Positions 1 through 13,360 of a stretch of 64,000 nt of DNA are shown here, in pieces. This DNA comes from Lingula anatina (lineage: Eukaryota > Animalia > Brachiopoda): NCBI GenBank assembly GCA_051362555.1, contig CM120640.1, positions 43,812,788 through 43,876,787 of the forward strand. The letters run 5' to 3'. Numbering within the stretch: position 1 is the stretch's first letter; each line of letters begins with the position of its first letter. Both the position numbers and the translations under genes were made by a program. The notes beneath the pieces were generated by a model. The model did not search any database, was not told the DNA's origin, and saw only the letters and a list, made by a program, of their open reading frames with translations.

Positions 1-138
1 TAATCTTTTAATAGTCTCTCCGCCTCTCACACGCCTCCCCATCTGTCGTCCCAATGGAGCTGAGATTTAATGACTGTACCCCCGTAGGGATGACACATGG
101 GGAGGTGTGTGAGAGGCGGAGAGACTATTAGAAGATTA
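1..138. mobile_element. Palindromic MITE-like element / long hairpin (52-bp arms); left edge coincides with window start
   Basis: 1-52 is the reverse complement of 87-138 with 4 mismatches, around a 34-bp spacer. No TSD can be checked because the left flank is outside the window. Confidence 0.65.
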
Positions 139-405
139 GGCGGTTTTCCTTTCATTTACGTCGGCCATATTTAGTTTGTGGCTTTGTAGAGCCTTAGCCA
201 TCTGTATTGCATCCCTCATTCCATTGCCAGCACTATGACATCGTTCAAGATATAAATTAGAGATCAAATGTCTTAATATCAATATTTGAAAATTGTATAC
301 AAGGCGTCTGAAGGATTATTAACTAGAAACAAAGACATTATCAAAGATGCTCATGACGTTTTAAATGTCTCCAACATAAAGGGTGTTTCTACTTCTTGGG
401 CCATT

Positions 406-406
<1 letters not shown>

Positions 407-468
<62 letters not shown>
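407..468. repeat. (GT)n(AT)n microsatellite
   Basis: Direct dinucleotide runs. Confidence 0.95.
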
Positions 469-472
<4 letters not shown>

Positions 473-1387
473 GCTTCTGCATGTGTTTAAGTATTTTATA
501 AATTATCATCTTTATGGAAATATCAGTCAATATATATATATATATGCAACCCGCTCTGTGCATTTCAACAGGTAGAACAACCCCTCATCTGAAATTCACT
601 TTTTTTAAAAAAATTATTATATTACACACATTTTACATCATTTCAGTGCCTTCAGTGAATTTTTCCTTATTTAAGAAACAAATCTTCAGTGGGGGCTCTT
701 ATCATTTAATGATCTGACCAGGTAAGAAAAAAAAAAACAATACATTGCAAATGGTAAAGCCTTAATAATTAAGCTTTATTGCATTATATTTACATTGTGC
801 ATGTATTCCAAATGTTAATAGAAATATAAAAATTGCAAAAATACTTTCTAAAAGTTACTCCAAAAAACTTGGACACCTGTTGAATTAATGGGGTCCCACA
901 GTGATAACAAATTTCCCACTGAATGTATTGCTGCTTCTGTATTCTTTCCAAAATAACCAATAAATAAATTTTCTTGCCATAATTAAAGAAGTTAATATGT
1001 ATTTTTGGACAATATAATATATTTTTCTCTAAATAAGTATAATGTAAATGCTATATTACAAAATAACTTTGTATTTCTGTGAAAATTCACTTCACTTTCA
1101 CTTCATACAAAAGATGCAGTTTACATAGGATGGAAATTTACAATGTTGGGTTGTATCATAACAACTTGATGCTCATGTTCAAATTTTTTCCTGTTTGCTG
1201 ATGATCAAAAATCCTAGAATATCATGTTCCATTAGCTAATTAGTTAAACATTATTTATGTTTGGCAAATACTGCATGTCTATCTTGGACTGTACAAATTA
1301 AATTCTGTTTTATCAATACAGCTAAAAGTTTGTAGCCTTACAAAGTTTTAATAAGATTGACATTGATTTCTATAAAAACATGACTGG

Positions 1388-1455
<68 letters not shown>
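1388..1455. repeat. poly(A) + (TA)n microsatellite
   Basis: Direct runs, just downstream of the Mieap-domain gene stop. Confidence 0.95.
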
Positions 1456-1458
<3 letters not shown>

Positions 1459-1577
1459 CATTTTTGTAGTACATGTTATGTTCAGCCATCCAGAAAAAAA
1501 CCCTTATAATAGTATTATAAGGAAACTATTAGTAAAGATAGTATGTAAAACTGTTTGTGGCATTTTTACTGAATCAA

Positions 1578-4500
1578 CTATGTGATCACAACCCCTTTGT
1601 ACAGACAGGTTCCAGTTTGGCCTTCCATTAATGCAGGCCACAGGTATGACTGGATCATTGCAGAGTCAGAGTCTGAAGTATGAAAACGTGTGTGCATGCT
1701 GCTGTGGAACTCTCTGCAATCGTATTCTATTCTCAACGGTGGGTTTTGCACAGAAAGTTTCCATGCCAGGCAGACACATTCTGTCACATAGATTTTTAAT
1801 CCATCACTGTTCTTTAAGCTTGGATAGTCGTACAGAGTGGCCCAGAGTTGATTGCAGACTTCCTAAAATGAATAAAAATGCTTTGAAAGATTTCACAAAA
1901 ATTTTAATCAAGTAAAGAATGACATTTTCATAACAAACAGTAACACCATAGCTTATTCAAAGGAGCTTCCAAGAATAACCTTTGTGTGAAAAATAAAACT
2001 TTATTCTTTAAGGAAATTTAACTGAGGAATAGGAAATGACATTCACATATTTCTGTTGATTTAGATGGCAATCCCTTTCATCTTTCAATTACCATATTAT
2101 ATTTGTAACTGAAATAATTTCCCATACTCACCTCTACCAAAATGGTCACATCAAAGTTTTCTGCAGTTTTTCTTAGATATGTTGCAATGTTGACCTCCAT
2201 CTCTCTGATCATTGGGGCAGTGCTTGCAGCAGCATCATGTGTTAATGGCATGTACAGTAGTTGACGAAGTTTCATCTTCTTTTCTTTTAATGACTGTTGT
2301 GCAGCACGGAAAGATAACTGTGACAAAAAAGTACTATGTTAAGTCAATTTCACTTAATTAATCTTTTAATCAGACAAAAAAATTTTTTACACATGTCCAA
2401 TGTGCATCAGGGTTGCGTTTAATAACAGCTTCACTTACAAAAATGAATCTGTTTCATGATGTCAAAAGACAGACTATTTCAAACATCAGTTGAGCAAACT
2501 AAAAAGTTCACAGATATTTACCACCACAACAGAGAACAGCAGTTTCCCTTTCAAATCATCAAAGCCAGTCAGGTCAGGCAGAGCATCTAATGCATCAAGG
2601 GCATCAAGTCGAGCATCTGCATACAGGCTTCCATACTGTCGAATTAACTGTGTAGGACGATTGTCACCTAAACTGATGTCTTCAAATCTATGTCCCTGCT
2701 CCAGCTGTTTCTGGGCTTGTTCAGAGAGCCTGAAGAAAAACATTCAAACATATATGATAAAAATCACTGAGGTAGGTTTAGGATTGTATTAAACTATTTT
2801 GTATTAAGCTTGCAAAAAGAAAAAATTAATAGAAATCATGATAATTATATTTAAAAACTGACATTAATGTCTGTATACGGTAAAAAAAACCCTGAAAATT
2901 AAGTCGGTGTTGGAAGTTTGTCAGATGATTTTTTTCACTTTGAAAATGTCACCAAACTTAAAACTTAAATTTTCAAATTTTTTACCATACCCAAGGTATA
3001 AATTTATTTTGTAACTATAAGTACTAGTACTATGTTTTACTAAAAAAAGGGGGGAAAGCTGTAAATGATTTACCTGTCTTGTAATGCCCTTTCTCTCTCC
3101 TGCAGTCGCTGTATCATTTCCCTTGATTTTGACAGTTCTTTTCTGAGCACCAGAACTTCATTCCTCAGTGCCTGCACCTCCTTGCTGTTGCCGTCCCCAG
3201 CAGCATATAAAGCATTAGCGCTTTGTGAATGTGAGGGGTGAGTGCCATGTGGGTGTGCTGCCATTTGTGCTCCTACCATGTGTGCTGTGTCCATGTGGTT
3301 GTTTACTTGCTGGTGCTGATGGTGGTTTTGCTGTTGCTGCTGATGTTGTGGATGATGGTGATGGAAGTTTGGGTGGGAATATGATCCATGCTGTTGTGGT
3401 TGCTGCTGCTGCTGTTGCTGATGTCCTTTATTGCTTGGAGAATATGGATGGGAATTTTTCTGGTGAGATGCACCCAGGCAACCTGATGTGTGAAGAATTT
3501 TGTAGATTTAATACATGATTTATGTGGAGTACATAAACCAATACCTTCACCTATAATAGCACCCATGGTTAATGCAGTGCTGTACTAGTAATCTTTTTCC
3601 TTTACCTGCACTATGAAGCAAGATATCATAACTCATAACTGTTTTGCATCATATTCCCAACATCCTAATTTCAAAAATTCAATATATCATTTGATATTTT
3701 GAAAAATCTTTTTTTTTTAATGAACTTACCTCCAGCACCAAATACTGTTGTTTTCTTTGAAGTAGCAGAAGAACTTTTGCTCTGTGTTTCTCTGACGTTG
3801 CTATTCACTACAAAGGATGAAATTAATGTTATTATTTTTAAATTAAAAAAATCAATTAAAAAAAAAACAAAGAAAATTGTTTTGAGAGAGTGCATATAGA
3901 CAAAACATTGCAGATTATGTAGGCAGGTGAACTCTACATTTCTCTGTTTATATTTGCTTTCCACCTGTCTCGAGCAGTCTTCTTTGTTTCAAAACTAATA
4001 GTAACAGCAAAAGAAATACATAAGCAAAACAATATAGCTATAAGACAACATTTTTTGCAATGAAAAGAATGAAATAACAATAATGGCATCCATGATTTCA
4101 ACAAGTTGACTTGAATAATATTTTCTATTTACTATTCCTGTTTTGATGAACTCTAAATCCCCTGTATCCTTTCCTCACCTAAGGATACACAAAAGAATGG
4201 AGAATGCTCATCCAAATAGCATATGTGGCAAGTGGTGAAAGACTATCAGACCAGTATGTCAGAAAAACAAAAGGCAAACAGATGCTCTCATTTGAGTGTC
4301 AATGTAATACTTCCCAGCTCCACAACATATTTTTTCTCAGGTCTGCAAATTTTATAAGAAACATCTGCCTAGAAATAGTACTTTATAATAGGAAGCTCTG
4401 TAAAATATATTAGTGTGTACCAAGTTCCAGAGTTCAACTGACGGTCACTCTCCTCTTTGGGTATACACTCTATGGTTTTTTGATAGCTTTTAAGTTAAGG

Positions 4501-5965
4501 ATAACCAGTTACTGACTTTGAAATCAGTATACCTAAGCATTAAAATACACCGATTCTGAGTAACCGGAATGTTTTTCTATCAATACCTTCAGGTAAATTG
4601 GATAATTGCCACCATATGGAAGTCATTTCATCTAGAAAATGAGAAACATGTACCATTTTAATTTTAGAAATCAAACTCTGAACTTCACCAGCCAAATAAA
4701 TAAACACATCCATGGTATTAAGAGAGTATACATGTGTATTTTTACAGGTAAGTGGTTTTTCCAAGCCTTATATGTTTAAAGGCTTTGCATGCATCTAAAC
4801 TACATGGAGACCCTAGATTTTACCCCATCTGTTAGTCATACATACAACTTTCAAGGTATAAGCTTTTAGCCTGAAATCAATGTCAACTTAATGCTACAGA
4901 AATCTGATAATACATGTATATATGATAGAGCACAATTAACTTATTATCTCAACATTTTTTTTCATTCCCATAGATAAAATAAAATTGTTCTATTAAAAAT
5001 CTATTTTTCAATGTCATATTTTGGGGCTGTTTTTAAGAAATTCTTTTTTCTTTTTCTTTTTCCTTGGAGGGGGGGGGGGGGGGGGGGGAATCTATTCTCA
5101 CTAAAGCCTAACTCCTCTGATGGTCATTATTTAGCTGAATGCCCATATAGAAGGTATTCAATATTATTACACAAAACATTTCTACCCCGGTACATATATA
5201 TATATATATATATATATGGACCTACTTCAATATTTTCAGAAAATTCACATGAAAGGGAGCAGACATACACCTCATATAGGCTTGCCTAACCTTGAGGTCT
5301 AAAAATAAACTTTACTCCTTTGTTTCATACCCAAAACATGATGAGATGTCTTCTTTCCTTTTTTTATTGCCCATGCATATCTTTTCAATATCCTTCAAAG
5401 TAAATTGAAAAAACATGCAAAATCAGAAGTCCTTTGAGAAAAAGCAGCAAGTTCAACAATAATTTCACTGATACCTGACTGCTTCCTGTCTTGTCCATGA
5501 GAACTTTGAGATGAGACAACACTTGGACGCTGAAAAACTGTCGGAAACATCCTGCACCACCAACTCTTCCCAGCCTAAGTTACAGGATGGGGTTTTAAAC
5601 TGTCTATTGCTAGCTACAGCCTTTATGGTTTGACATTTCAGCAAAGATTTACTGAAGGGAATGGTTGGAGGTGAATCCATACCTGTCTAACTATCACTCA
5701 CTCTTCATTACTTACTGTCTTCAGGATCATGGCTTAACCGAATATAGATCAGTGCCAGGCTGGGCATCCATATACAAGGAGCAATGCAGACTTTTCCATA
5801 TGCTCTAAATTTAGCTCATGATGTGCAAGACCCAGATCTTATGATGCTATCTTGGTGGCCATATGTTACCAACTTCTCTACACAGTATGATAGGCTGCTA
5901 CTCTGACTCAAAGATTTTGTAAACTGACTCATGCAATCATATTAGATCCAGTTATATTCAGTGTT

Positions 5966-5998
<33 letters not shown>

Positions 5999-8900
5999 AA
6001 GCATGCATGTGTGCCTGTGCATGCTGGTGTATGGTAAATGACTAATCTAACTCAAAGATTGTTTGGATTTCTAATACAGTGAAAACTGCCTCATTTTTTA
6101 TAATTATAACATCTATAATGTGTGTGTGTGTTTTTTTGTTTGTGAGAGAGAGTTTATAATGCTAAAACACCAACGACACTATGAAAAAAAAAACTCAGTA
6201 AAAAGAAAATAGTAAAAGAATAAAAGGAAAGATATCAACTGCAAATGCCCCATCAATCATCATAAAAATTACTTCTTTAGGAAGTACCAAAATATTGGGA
6301 ATCCAAATTCTTTTGAGAGGAAATAATAAATCATATCCGCAACAAAAGACAGCAATCTTCATCAGTCTAGGAATGCTGACATGTTTTTGGAAATGTCTTG
6401 ACCAATCAAAATATTTGTGTTTTGGCACTGCGTTAAGGGTGTATATGACAATTTTACAAATTTATGTCTCCTTTCTACAAAAATCAAGACTTCAATCAAT
6501 GTCCATGTCTGGCAAACAAACAATAGAATAACTACTAAAGCTATGTTGATGAAATTAATCTTGAACCCAACATATTATACCTAATATAGTTTAATTAAGC
6601 AGAATTCCTCCAGTGCCAACTTTACCCTACCAAAAAGGAAGAATAACTCTTATAAATCCTGCCAGTAACACCTACCAAGTTCTTAGCAGTTACATCTGTC
6701 ACTTTCCCTGTAAACAACATGAGTGTCCATCCCAAAAAGTATTCAACTGTCAATTTTATTAAACATTTACAAGTAAACACTTCTCCTCCTTTCAGTTTGA
6801 CCTAAAGCACATCAGACATTTTACTGGGCTACCACAACACTTCTATCTCATTTGAACGGGTTGGTTCTCTAAATTCAACACATGGCAATGAGGTCACGTC
6901 CTTGTTTATTGTTTTCAGGATGTCAGGAAGTTACTGGTACCAGAAGGAAAAAAAATCACAATCCATCCTACATAAAGATAGAATATAGTGACCCACCTTT
7001 TTCCTGACGAAGAAAATTGTCAATAAACTACCTTTTTTTCTTATCTGCACCCTAAACTCCAAGAATGGACTATACACACTGTTCCCAATACAGGGGGAGT
7101 GTCTTACTGCTAACAGCTAATCACATTACCTTCTGGTAACACACGCAACTATTTAAAAACAAAGACCAGTGCCGACTCTTGACTGAGTGGCATGTTTGTA
7201 GAAATTTGAATTTCCTGTTGCCAAGGGACAGAAAATAGATGGTGCTAATAGCATAAGGGCCATTTGAATATCCTAATGAATAAATATGTCAATATTGACT
7301 GCTGAGATTCTGGGAGATACTCATCAACAAAATAACAAGAGTTTGATTATAACATCCCCACCTGCTGTTAAAGAGTAGGCATGAGATCAATGGGGAACCC
7401 GGCCTGTTCCTTAGAACAGAACAAGCATATACTAGTAGAAGGCTCTGTGTATTTCAAATTACATACTGGTACAGCCACAAACTGCAGAAACTTTATAAAA
7501 ACACCATACCTCTAGAATCTCCTAGAACTGTAAACACTTTGATGGGTTTCATGGACTTCAACTGAACATGCCTTGGTTCCTCATTTCCAACGGTCAAACC
7601 AGAGAGCAGTGGCCAACAACAACAAGAAGACTGACCACTACAGGGATATGACATTGGCCAATATACACACACAAAAGCTACCAACTGTTCCCAGTTCAAT
7701 CCTATGACTTTCTGGTACTACATGCCATCAAGCCATCTGCACCATGTGAAACTCTATACTGAATGGGATAAAGAGAGATGAGGTCAGCTTGGGGGAATGT
7801 CAAAATGCCAGTCACATGGGACTTGATTAATTCTGTTTTCTGAACCAGGATATTTTGTGATGTAATAAGAAATAAGAGAAAACAGCGGAACTGACGTTTG
7901 ACTGTGGTTACCATAATGGTAAAAAAAAAGGGAAATCAAATTGTTTACAATTCAACTAGTACAGTGAACTGACTATAAACTGACTTTTCCAGTATACTTC
8001 AAGTTTGTTTCTTGAGGGTAGGGAATACCTTTTGCGTTCTGTGTCATTGGCCTTATTTTTCGAGCGTGATGCATTATTTGAGCAAATATTCTGCGTGAAA
8101 CACAATTCAGGAATTCTTGGTGATTGGTGATTGACCTGAATTAATCTCCCTTATTGGTGATTGAGCTGTTTTAATTCTTGGTGATTGGTGATTAAGCAGG
8201 GGTATTCCCTACCCTCTTTTTTGGCACACTGTAAGGATTCACTGTTGATGAAAAGTGAAAAGCAAAACAGTTGCTGGAATCCCACACACACAGAAGGTCA
8301 ACTAACTGAATCTGAATGGGAATAAATATGTTATACATGCACTGAAATACAACTAACGTCTAACAGATCCTTTTTTAAATCAATTTAAGACCAACCACCA
8401 ACCACTGGCATTATCAATTTAAATGCTTTTACGTCCACTTCTGATAAAGGAAAAAGTTGCTATATTTACAAGACCATTATTTCATAAATAAAATTTCCAA
8501 TATTTTAAACCAATTTTTAATGACACAGAAATACCAAGGTTTTAAAAATGGATAATTCAAGATGAACAGACCAGAAGATAATTCAAAGTTCCATTTGTAT
8601 TTTTCCATTTTAGGATATATCCTGTTGAGTATTTTTATTGACTGACAAGAAGCAACAAATGTTCGATTAGTAGGCAGTCTAGGCTTAGTCACTGTACAAA
8701 AAGTAGCATTCAATTTTCCATTATGGGTTGCCTCTGCTTAAAACTTCTTTAATATGTCAAGCAGAGCATGTCTGTCAAATAAATAAAAAAAAGAAAAAAC
8801 ATCAATATAAGAAAAACCAAGTGAGTAAAAGCTCTAAAACTTGGAAGAAATTTTAATATATTTATATAAGAAAAAAGTTACTAGTACTTAATATCTTTAA

Positions 8901-11900
8901 GCGTATGTCATTGGTCTCAAATTTCCTACTTCTCCTAAAATAAGCATTAATACCAGACTGGTAGTTATACATTCAAGTCCTGATTTTCCATCTTCCTTAT
9001 ATATGCTAGCAATTAATATTTTACCAGACGGTTGGTGATTTTCTTTGATAATTAAATATAACATACAACAATTTTTTTTGCCAATTTCACTCAATTTGGT
9101 AAGACTCTTAGAAAAATGGGCTTCTGTAGATATGAGTGGACAGAGCTTGTGTCTGCTACATACAATGTTAATAAAACACGAATGACTGCTGCATATATTT
9201 TTGCACTATAGTATAATAGAGATACCCTTAGAAGAATCAACTTTTGATTATCTCCTTTTACTCTCATTTGTATGTGGTACAGTTTTATAGCATTTTGATC
9301 ATACTGAATAACAATCTTTCCTGTCACATATACAATTATAGACTTTTTCTGATATGGGTTGCTGTTTAAACAAATTCTGTAGAATACGGAGTATGCACAG
9401 GTAAGAAAGATGTTACATGATGCAAAGGTTAAATGTATGCATACATATAGAGATGAAAGCATAAAAATTCTTACCAAATTTCTTGAACCTTTTGGAAAGT
9501 TCAGCTAGCATCTTGGAGGATCTGTCCAAATACTTCTTGCCAACAAACTATATAATAATAATATACTGCTTACTGAATATATCTGCTAACTCAAATCTGA
9601 GCTGGTGGAATTGCCTTCCTGTATTTATAAATATCCCTATATGCCAATCACATGGGGTGCAAGCAGGAGGTCAGTCATGTGACTAACTAACAGCTTACAA
9701 GCACCTTTGACAAAAAGGCACTTCTGTTTCTGGAAGCAGCTGAGGAAACGCGCTTCCTGCTGATAACATTATCTGTGTATCACCTGCCTCAGTTGGAGAC
9801 CAGTGCCAAAATTACTCCACTGAGGTTAAACTAATTAATTACATTTCAGGTCAGTGTTTGCTGTGTTCAGCAATGTTTCTTAATTACTTATCCAAATCTT
9901 TTAATGAGGCATGATCATTGAACCTACTGATATTAATAATTAGGCTGCTTTGGTTAAAACTGGAAACCTGAAATAATATCTGGGTTTTCATGCTTTTCTA
10001 GTCATAAGCATCAATACAGATATACTGAAATTAACTTCTCAAGTGTTAGAAAAACAAAATAAATCAGTTGTAATCAAAACAATTCCACTGATAAAATATA
10101 ATATTCCATTTGATAAATAAAACAGAAATCATTTGTGATAGTTACTCCACCCACTTAGTTATCCTAATCACAAAAATAAAGTTCACTTGTTGTAAATGTA
10201 AAGGGATGATGTAGGATTTCCGTGACAAAAGTGTTTACAACTTCAAATTTCCTTCCTCAATAAATACTACTTTCAGTCAATTAAGTTTAGGTCTTTTGAA
10301 CGCCCACTAAACAGGATACGTAACTCTTGCAGCAAAAGCCCACCAGAAACACAAAATAATTCTTCTGTATTGTTACGTAACTGACTTGCTAATTTACAAA
10401 TCAAGCAAACTAATCAAATAACAAATCTCATTACTATTGAAGTGACAAAGTCAACACAGAATTGCATGTTTAACTAATTGATTCCAGGTCTTGGGTCACC
10501 AGAGTCAAAATATGTTATTTTGGTCAATAATGACACACTTAAGCGATACTGTTAAAACATTTATAATAATCTGATTCTACATCCTAATCACTCTCTGAGA
10601 TAAGAATAATACATGATATCAAGATTTTCTCCCTTTGAGCACTAAATTACAACATATGTTGTTGATAGAGATTCTTAACTTTTTAGAAATATTCTACCAC
10701 AAGCTTTTTGGTCAATCAAAGCATGGCAGTATCAGGGTTTTCACAAATCACTGATAATTTTTTCTCTGCAGTTATGTTCACATTTGGTTTTCAGCTACAG
10801 TAAAAAAATCAAAACAAATATACTAAATCCCAATGCAGCTTCTTCAATAGCTCCTAGAGAGTAGGTGAGCAGTAAGAAGAAAGATACTAAAGGAGACTTA
10901 GGAGAGTTTTTTTTTTCAAATCCTTAATTCAACAGATAAGAACATTTGTAAACACACCACCAACCAAGACACTAATCATTAAGAGTAGTCCCTGACCACC
11001 CACAGAGAAGTTCTGTTAACAACAGATTTTCAAGAAAAAATTAAGTACGTAGAGCATTGTATTCTGGCCCTAATACTTCATGTTTGCTATTAAAGGAAAG
11101 AACATAATATATTTCTTAGTACTTTATGTTTGCTAATAAAACGGGAAGACCATATACTTCATAATACCTTCATGTTTGCTAATATAGAAAGGACCATATA
11201 TTTATGTACATACACAACACTTGGGAACAACAGAGTAAATGCCTAGTGCAATTGGCCTTACTTGTCCATAGTATGTATGTAAGTTTGAGGCACTCAATAT
11301 TTTACAACAACAGGAAGGGTCAATATAAGGTGGCTGAAAAGAGGTTATTGATGAAATAATTATGACAACCATGAGCCATTAAGCAGCAATAAGAGAAATC
11401 AATGGTTGACTAGAGGAGTCATTCATTTCATCAAGTCTCTTCACACTCAATTAATATCTACAGGCAATAAAGCATTTAAGAGAAATGCACATTAGAAAAA
11501 AAATCTGCAAAATGTGTCCCTAGGCATGAAAGTAAAAATTATTGGGCTTGAAGATGTGAAAATATTGAGAACTTTCTGTCTTGAATAAAAATATGATATC
11601 TCATGAAAGATGTTGATTCATCTTGAATACATAAACTTAAGACAAAATTCAAACAATGCTCCTACAACTGATTGTCAGAATATCATGATTTGTATACAGT
11701 AAGACTAAATGTGGTTCAAAAAGCCACAAAACTGTCAAAATCGGCTTCTTGGAAAAAATTAGATGAAAAAAATATGAAAAACACTACCACACATGGCATG
11801 AATTAAACCCAAAACTTTTCTAACAATACTTTCCTCAACAAAACATCCCAGTTCAAGTCAGTTCATTTCTATTTACCAGTTTATTAAATATAAACAAACA

Positions 11901-13035
11901 AGTATAGAAAAGCAAACAAACCCGTATTTCTTGGTCTGGTTCTGTAACGGAAACCATTCACTCCCTCCTCTGCAGGGGAGTCTGAATCACTGTCTCCATC
12001 TTTTTCATCAAGCCCAAACTCTTCCATGAAAGCTATCACTTTTCCATAGGCCACAGAGTAACGCTGAAATATTGTGGCAATCACAGCATTTTGGGGTATT
12101 GTCTTCATATCTTTTCTCAATTCTGAGAAATAAAACAACACATCTTTGTCATTCTCAATTCTTTCCTCTAATGTCTGTAAAAGTTTTAAAAGCGTTTGAT
12201 TTGTAACTGCAGGCTCAATTACATTGAACAAACTTTTATTTTTGATTAACCTGTCCTGTATATGAGTTTGATTAAGCTGCATAAGCCTTTGGTGACTGGC
12301 ATCTGTTGGAGCAGCTTTTGTCAGGCTCCGGGACAAAGTAGTGTGATGTACAAGACTGAGCTCTTCCAACTTCATCACAGCAGAGCGATATTGATGGGAC
12401 ATTTTTTCAAACTCAATTTTTAGTGCATCATGCAGATGCATTAGTTTGTTGTCTGATGTATCCACCAAACCATGCTGACCAATGCTTTCCAAAGTATTTT
12501 GCAAAGTTTCCATTTGTTTCTTTAACTTCTTGTGCATCTTACTGTCAATCTGAACTATGACAGATATAATGTTTCTGACATGCGGCATGTAAAGATCTTG
12601 AGGGGGAAGTTTTGGTCGTAAGGCTGGATCTTCAAGGCTGGCCAGCCAGTGAACTATCTGCTTCACAACCTGATCCAACTGCAGGAAAAATGTTGGAAAA
12701 TCATCTCCATCATCATCGTAAAACTTAGTGAAAAGAACATCCAAAATTCCCAGACTGTGCGGAATGGCGTCTACCAATATATCTACTGGTAACTCAGAAA
12801 TAATTGTTTTGAGGGTTAAAGAGTTCAGTCGTCTGATCAGCAGAGCACATTCATCAAACTTACGATTCTCGAAAAGCAAGGCAATTTTTCGAATGGCTAC
12901 GCCTGGGTTGATGTCTTGTTTGGAATACATTGTTCCTAAAATCTCGCTCTCTACATTTAAATTTTTGGCCCAGCTGCTTTCTCTCCACGGAAGCTCTGGA
13001 TGCAAATCTCGGCGTTCGGGTTTTACACGTTCCAT
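1578..13035 (-). CDS. Uncharacterised ~759-aa protein: N-terminal helical domain, Q/H-rich region, coiled coil and C-terminal Mieap (SPATA18)-like domain
   Basis: Six GT-AG exons in frame: 13035-11922, 3807-3730, 3482-3074, 2729-2522, 2317-2132, 1862-1578 (2280 nt). The C-terminus (DNRPTQLIRQYGSLY...ECVCLAWKLSVQNPPL...YLWPALMEGQTGTCLYKGVVIT*) matches the Mieap C-terminal pattern. The N-terminus is unlike vertebrate SPATA18, so no symbol is given. Confidence 0.8.
8014..8216. mobile_element. MITE with perfect 16-bp TIRs (GAGGGTAGGGAATACC) and internal TTGGTGATTG subrepeats
   Basis: 8014-8029 and 8201-8216 are exact reverse complements. GAG...CTC termini resemble Sola-type elements (inference). 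T-rich flanks make the TSD ambiguous. Confidence 0.75.
11071..11205. repeat. Degenerate ~47-bp minisatellite, 3 copies
   Basis: Recurring core ATGTTTGCTA...AAG..CAT, in intron 1 of the Mieap-domain gene. Confidence 0.65.
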
Positions 13036-13299
13036 TATTCATGCCTTAGAATTTGGATAACGATAAGAAACTGCAGTAAACTATAGTTATCTTTCTTCTT
13101 TCGCACCGCTCCGTAACGACAAATTCAATCGAATCGGTAATAGAGGCAAATTATTTTCCAATTTGTCTCAGGTGATTGCAGTTATTGGCGAGAAGTCGTT
13201 GATCTTCATAAAACTGCCTGGCTAAACAGATAAAAAGACATATGTAAACAATCCATATACATTAAAAAGAGAGCAATTAAGTTGATAAAACTTTTGTTT

Positions 13300-13360
13300 A
13301 TTTACGTACCCACGCTCCAGTTACGTGAAACTGGACCGGAAGTCAAGTGCGCCATCTGCA
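13300..13360. promoter_or_regulatory. Putative core promoter of the Mieap-domain gene (ETS CCGGAAGT, YY1-like GCCATCT, CRE-like TTACGTGA)
   Basis: CCGGAAGT at 13336-13343, GCGCCATCT immediately after it and TTACGTGA at 13321. Locally CpG-rich, about 300 bp upstream of the ATG at 13035. Confidence 0.5.

Noticed and set aside
286-717. Short ORFs such as YIYIYI/CVCVCV and a lone + strand donor near 721
   Set aside because: The ORFs are microsatellite translations, and no coherent exon chain or recognisable protein could be built.
5465-5682. 71-aa minus ORF in intron 1 of the Mieap-domain gene as a possible cassette exon
   Set aside because: Weak acceptor, and the candidate donor gives phase 2, incompatible with the flanking phase-1 junction.
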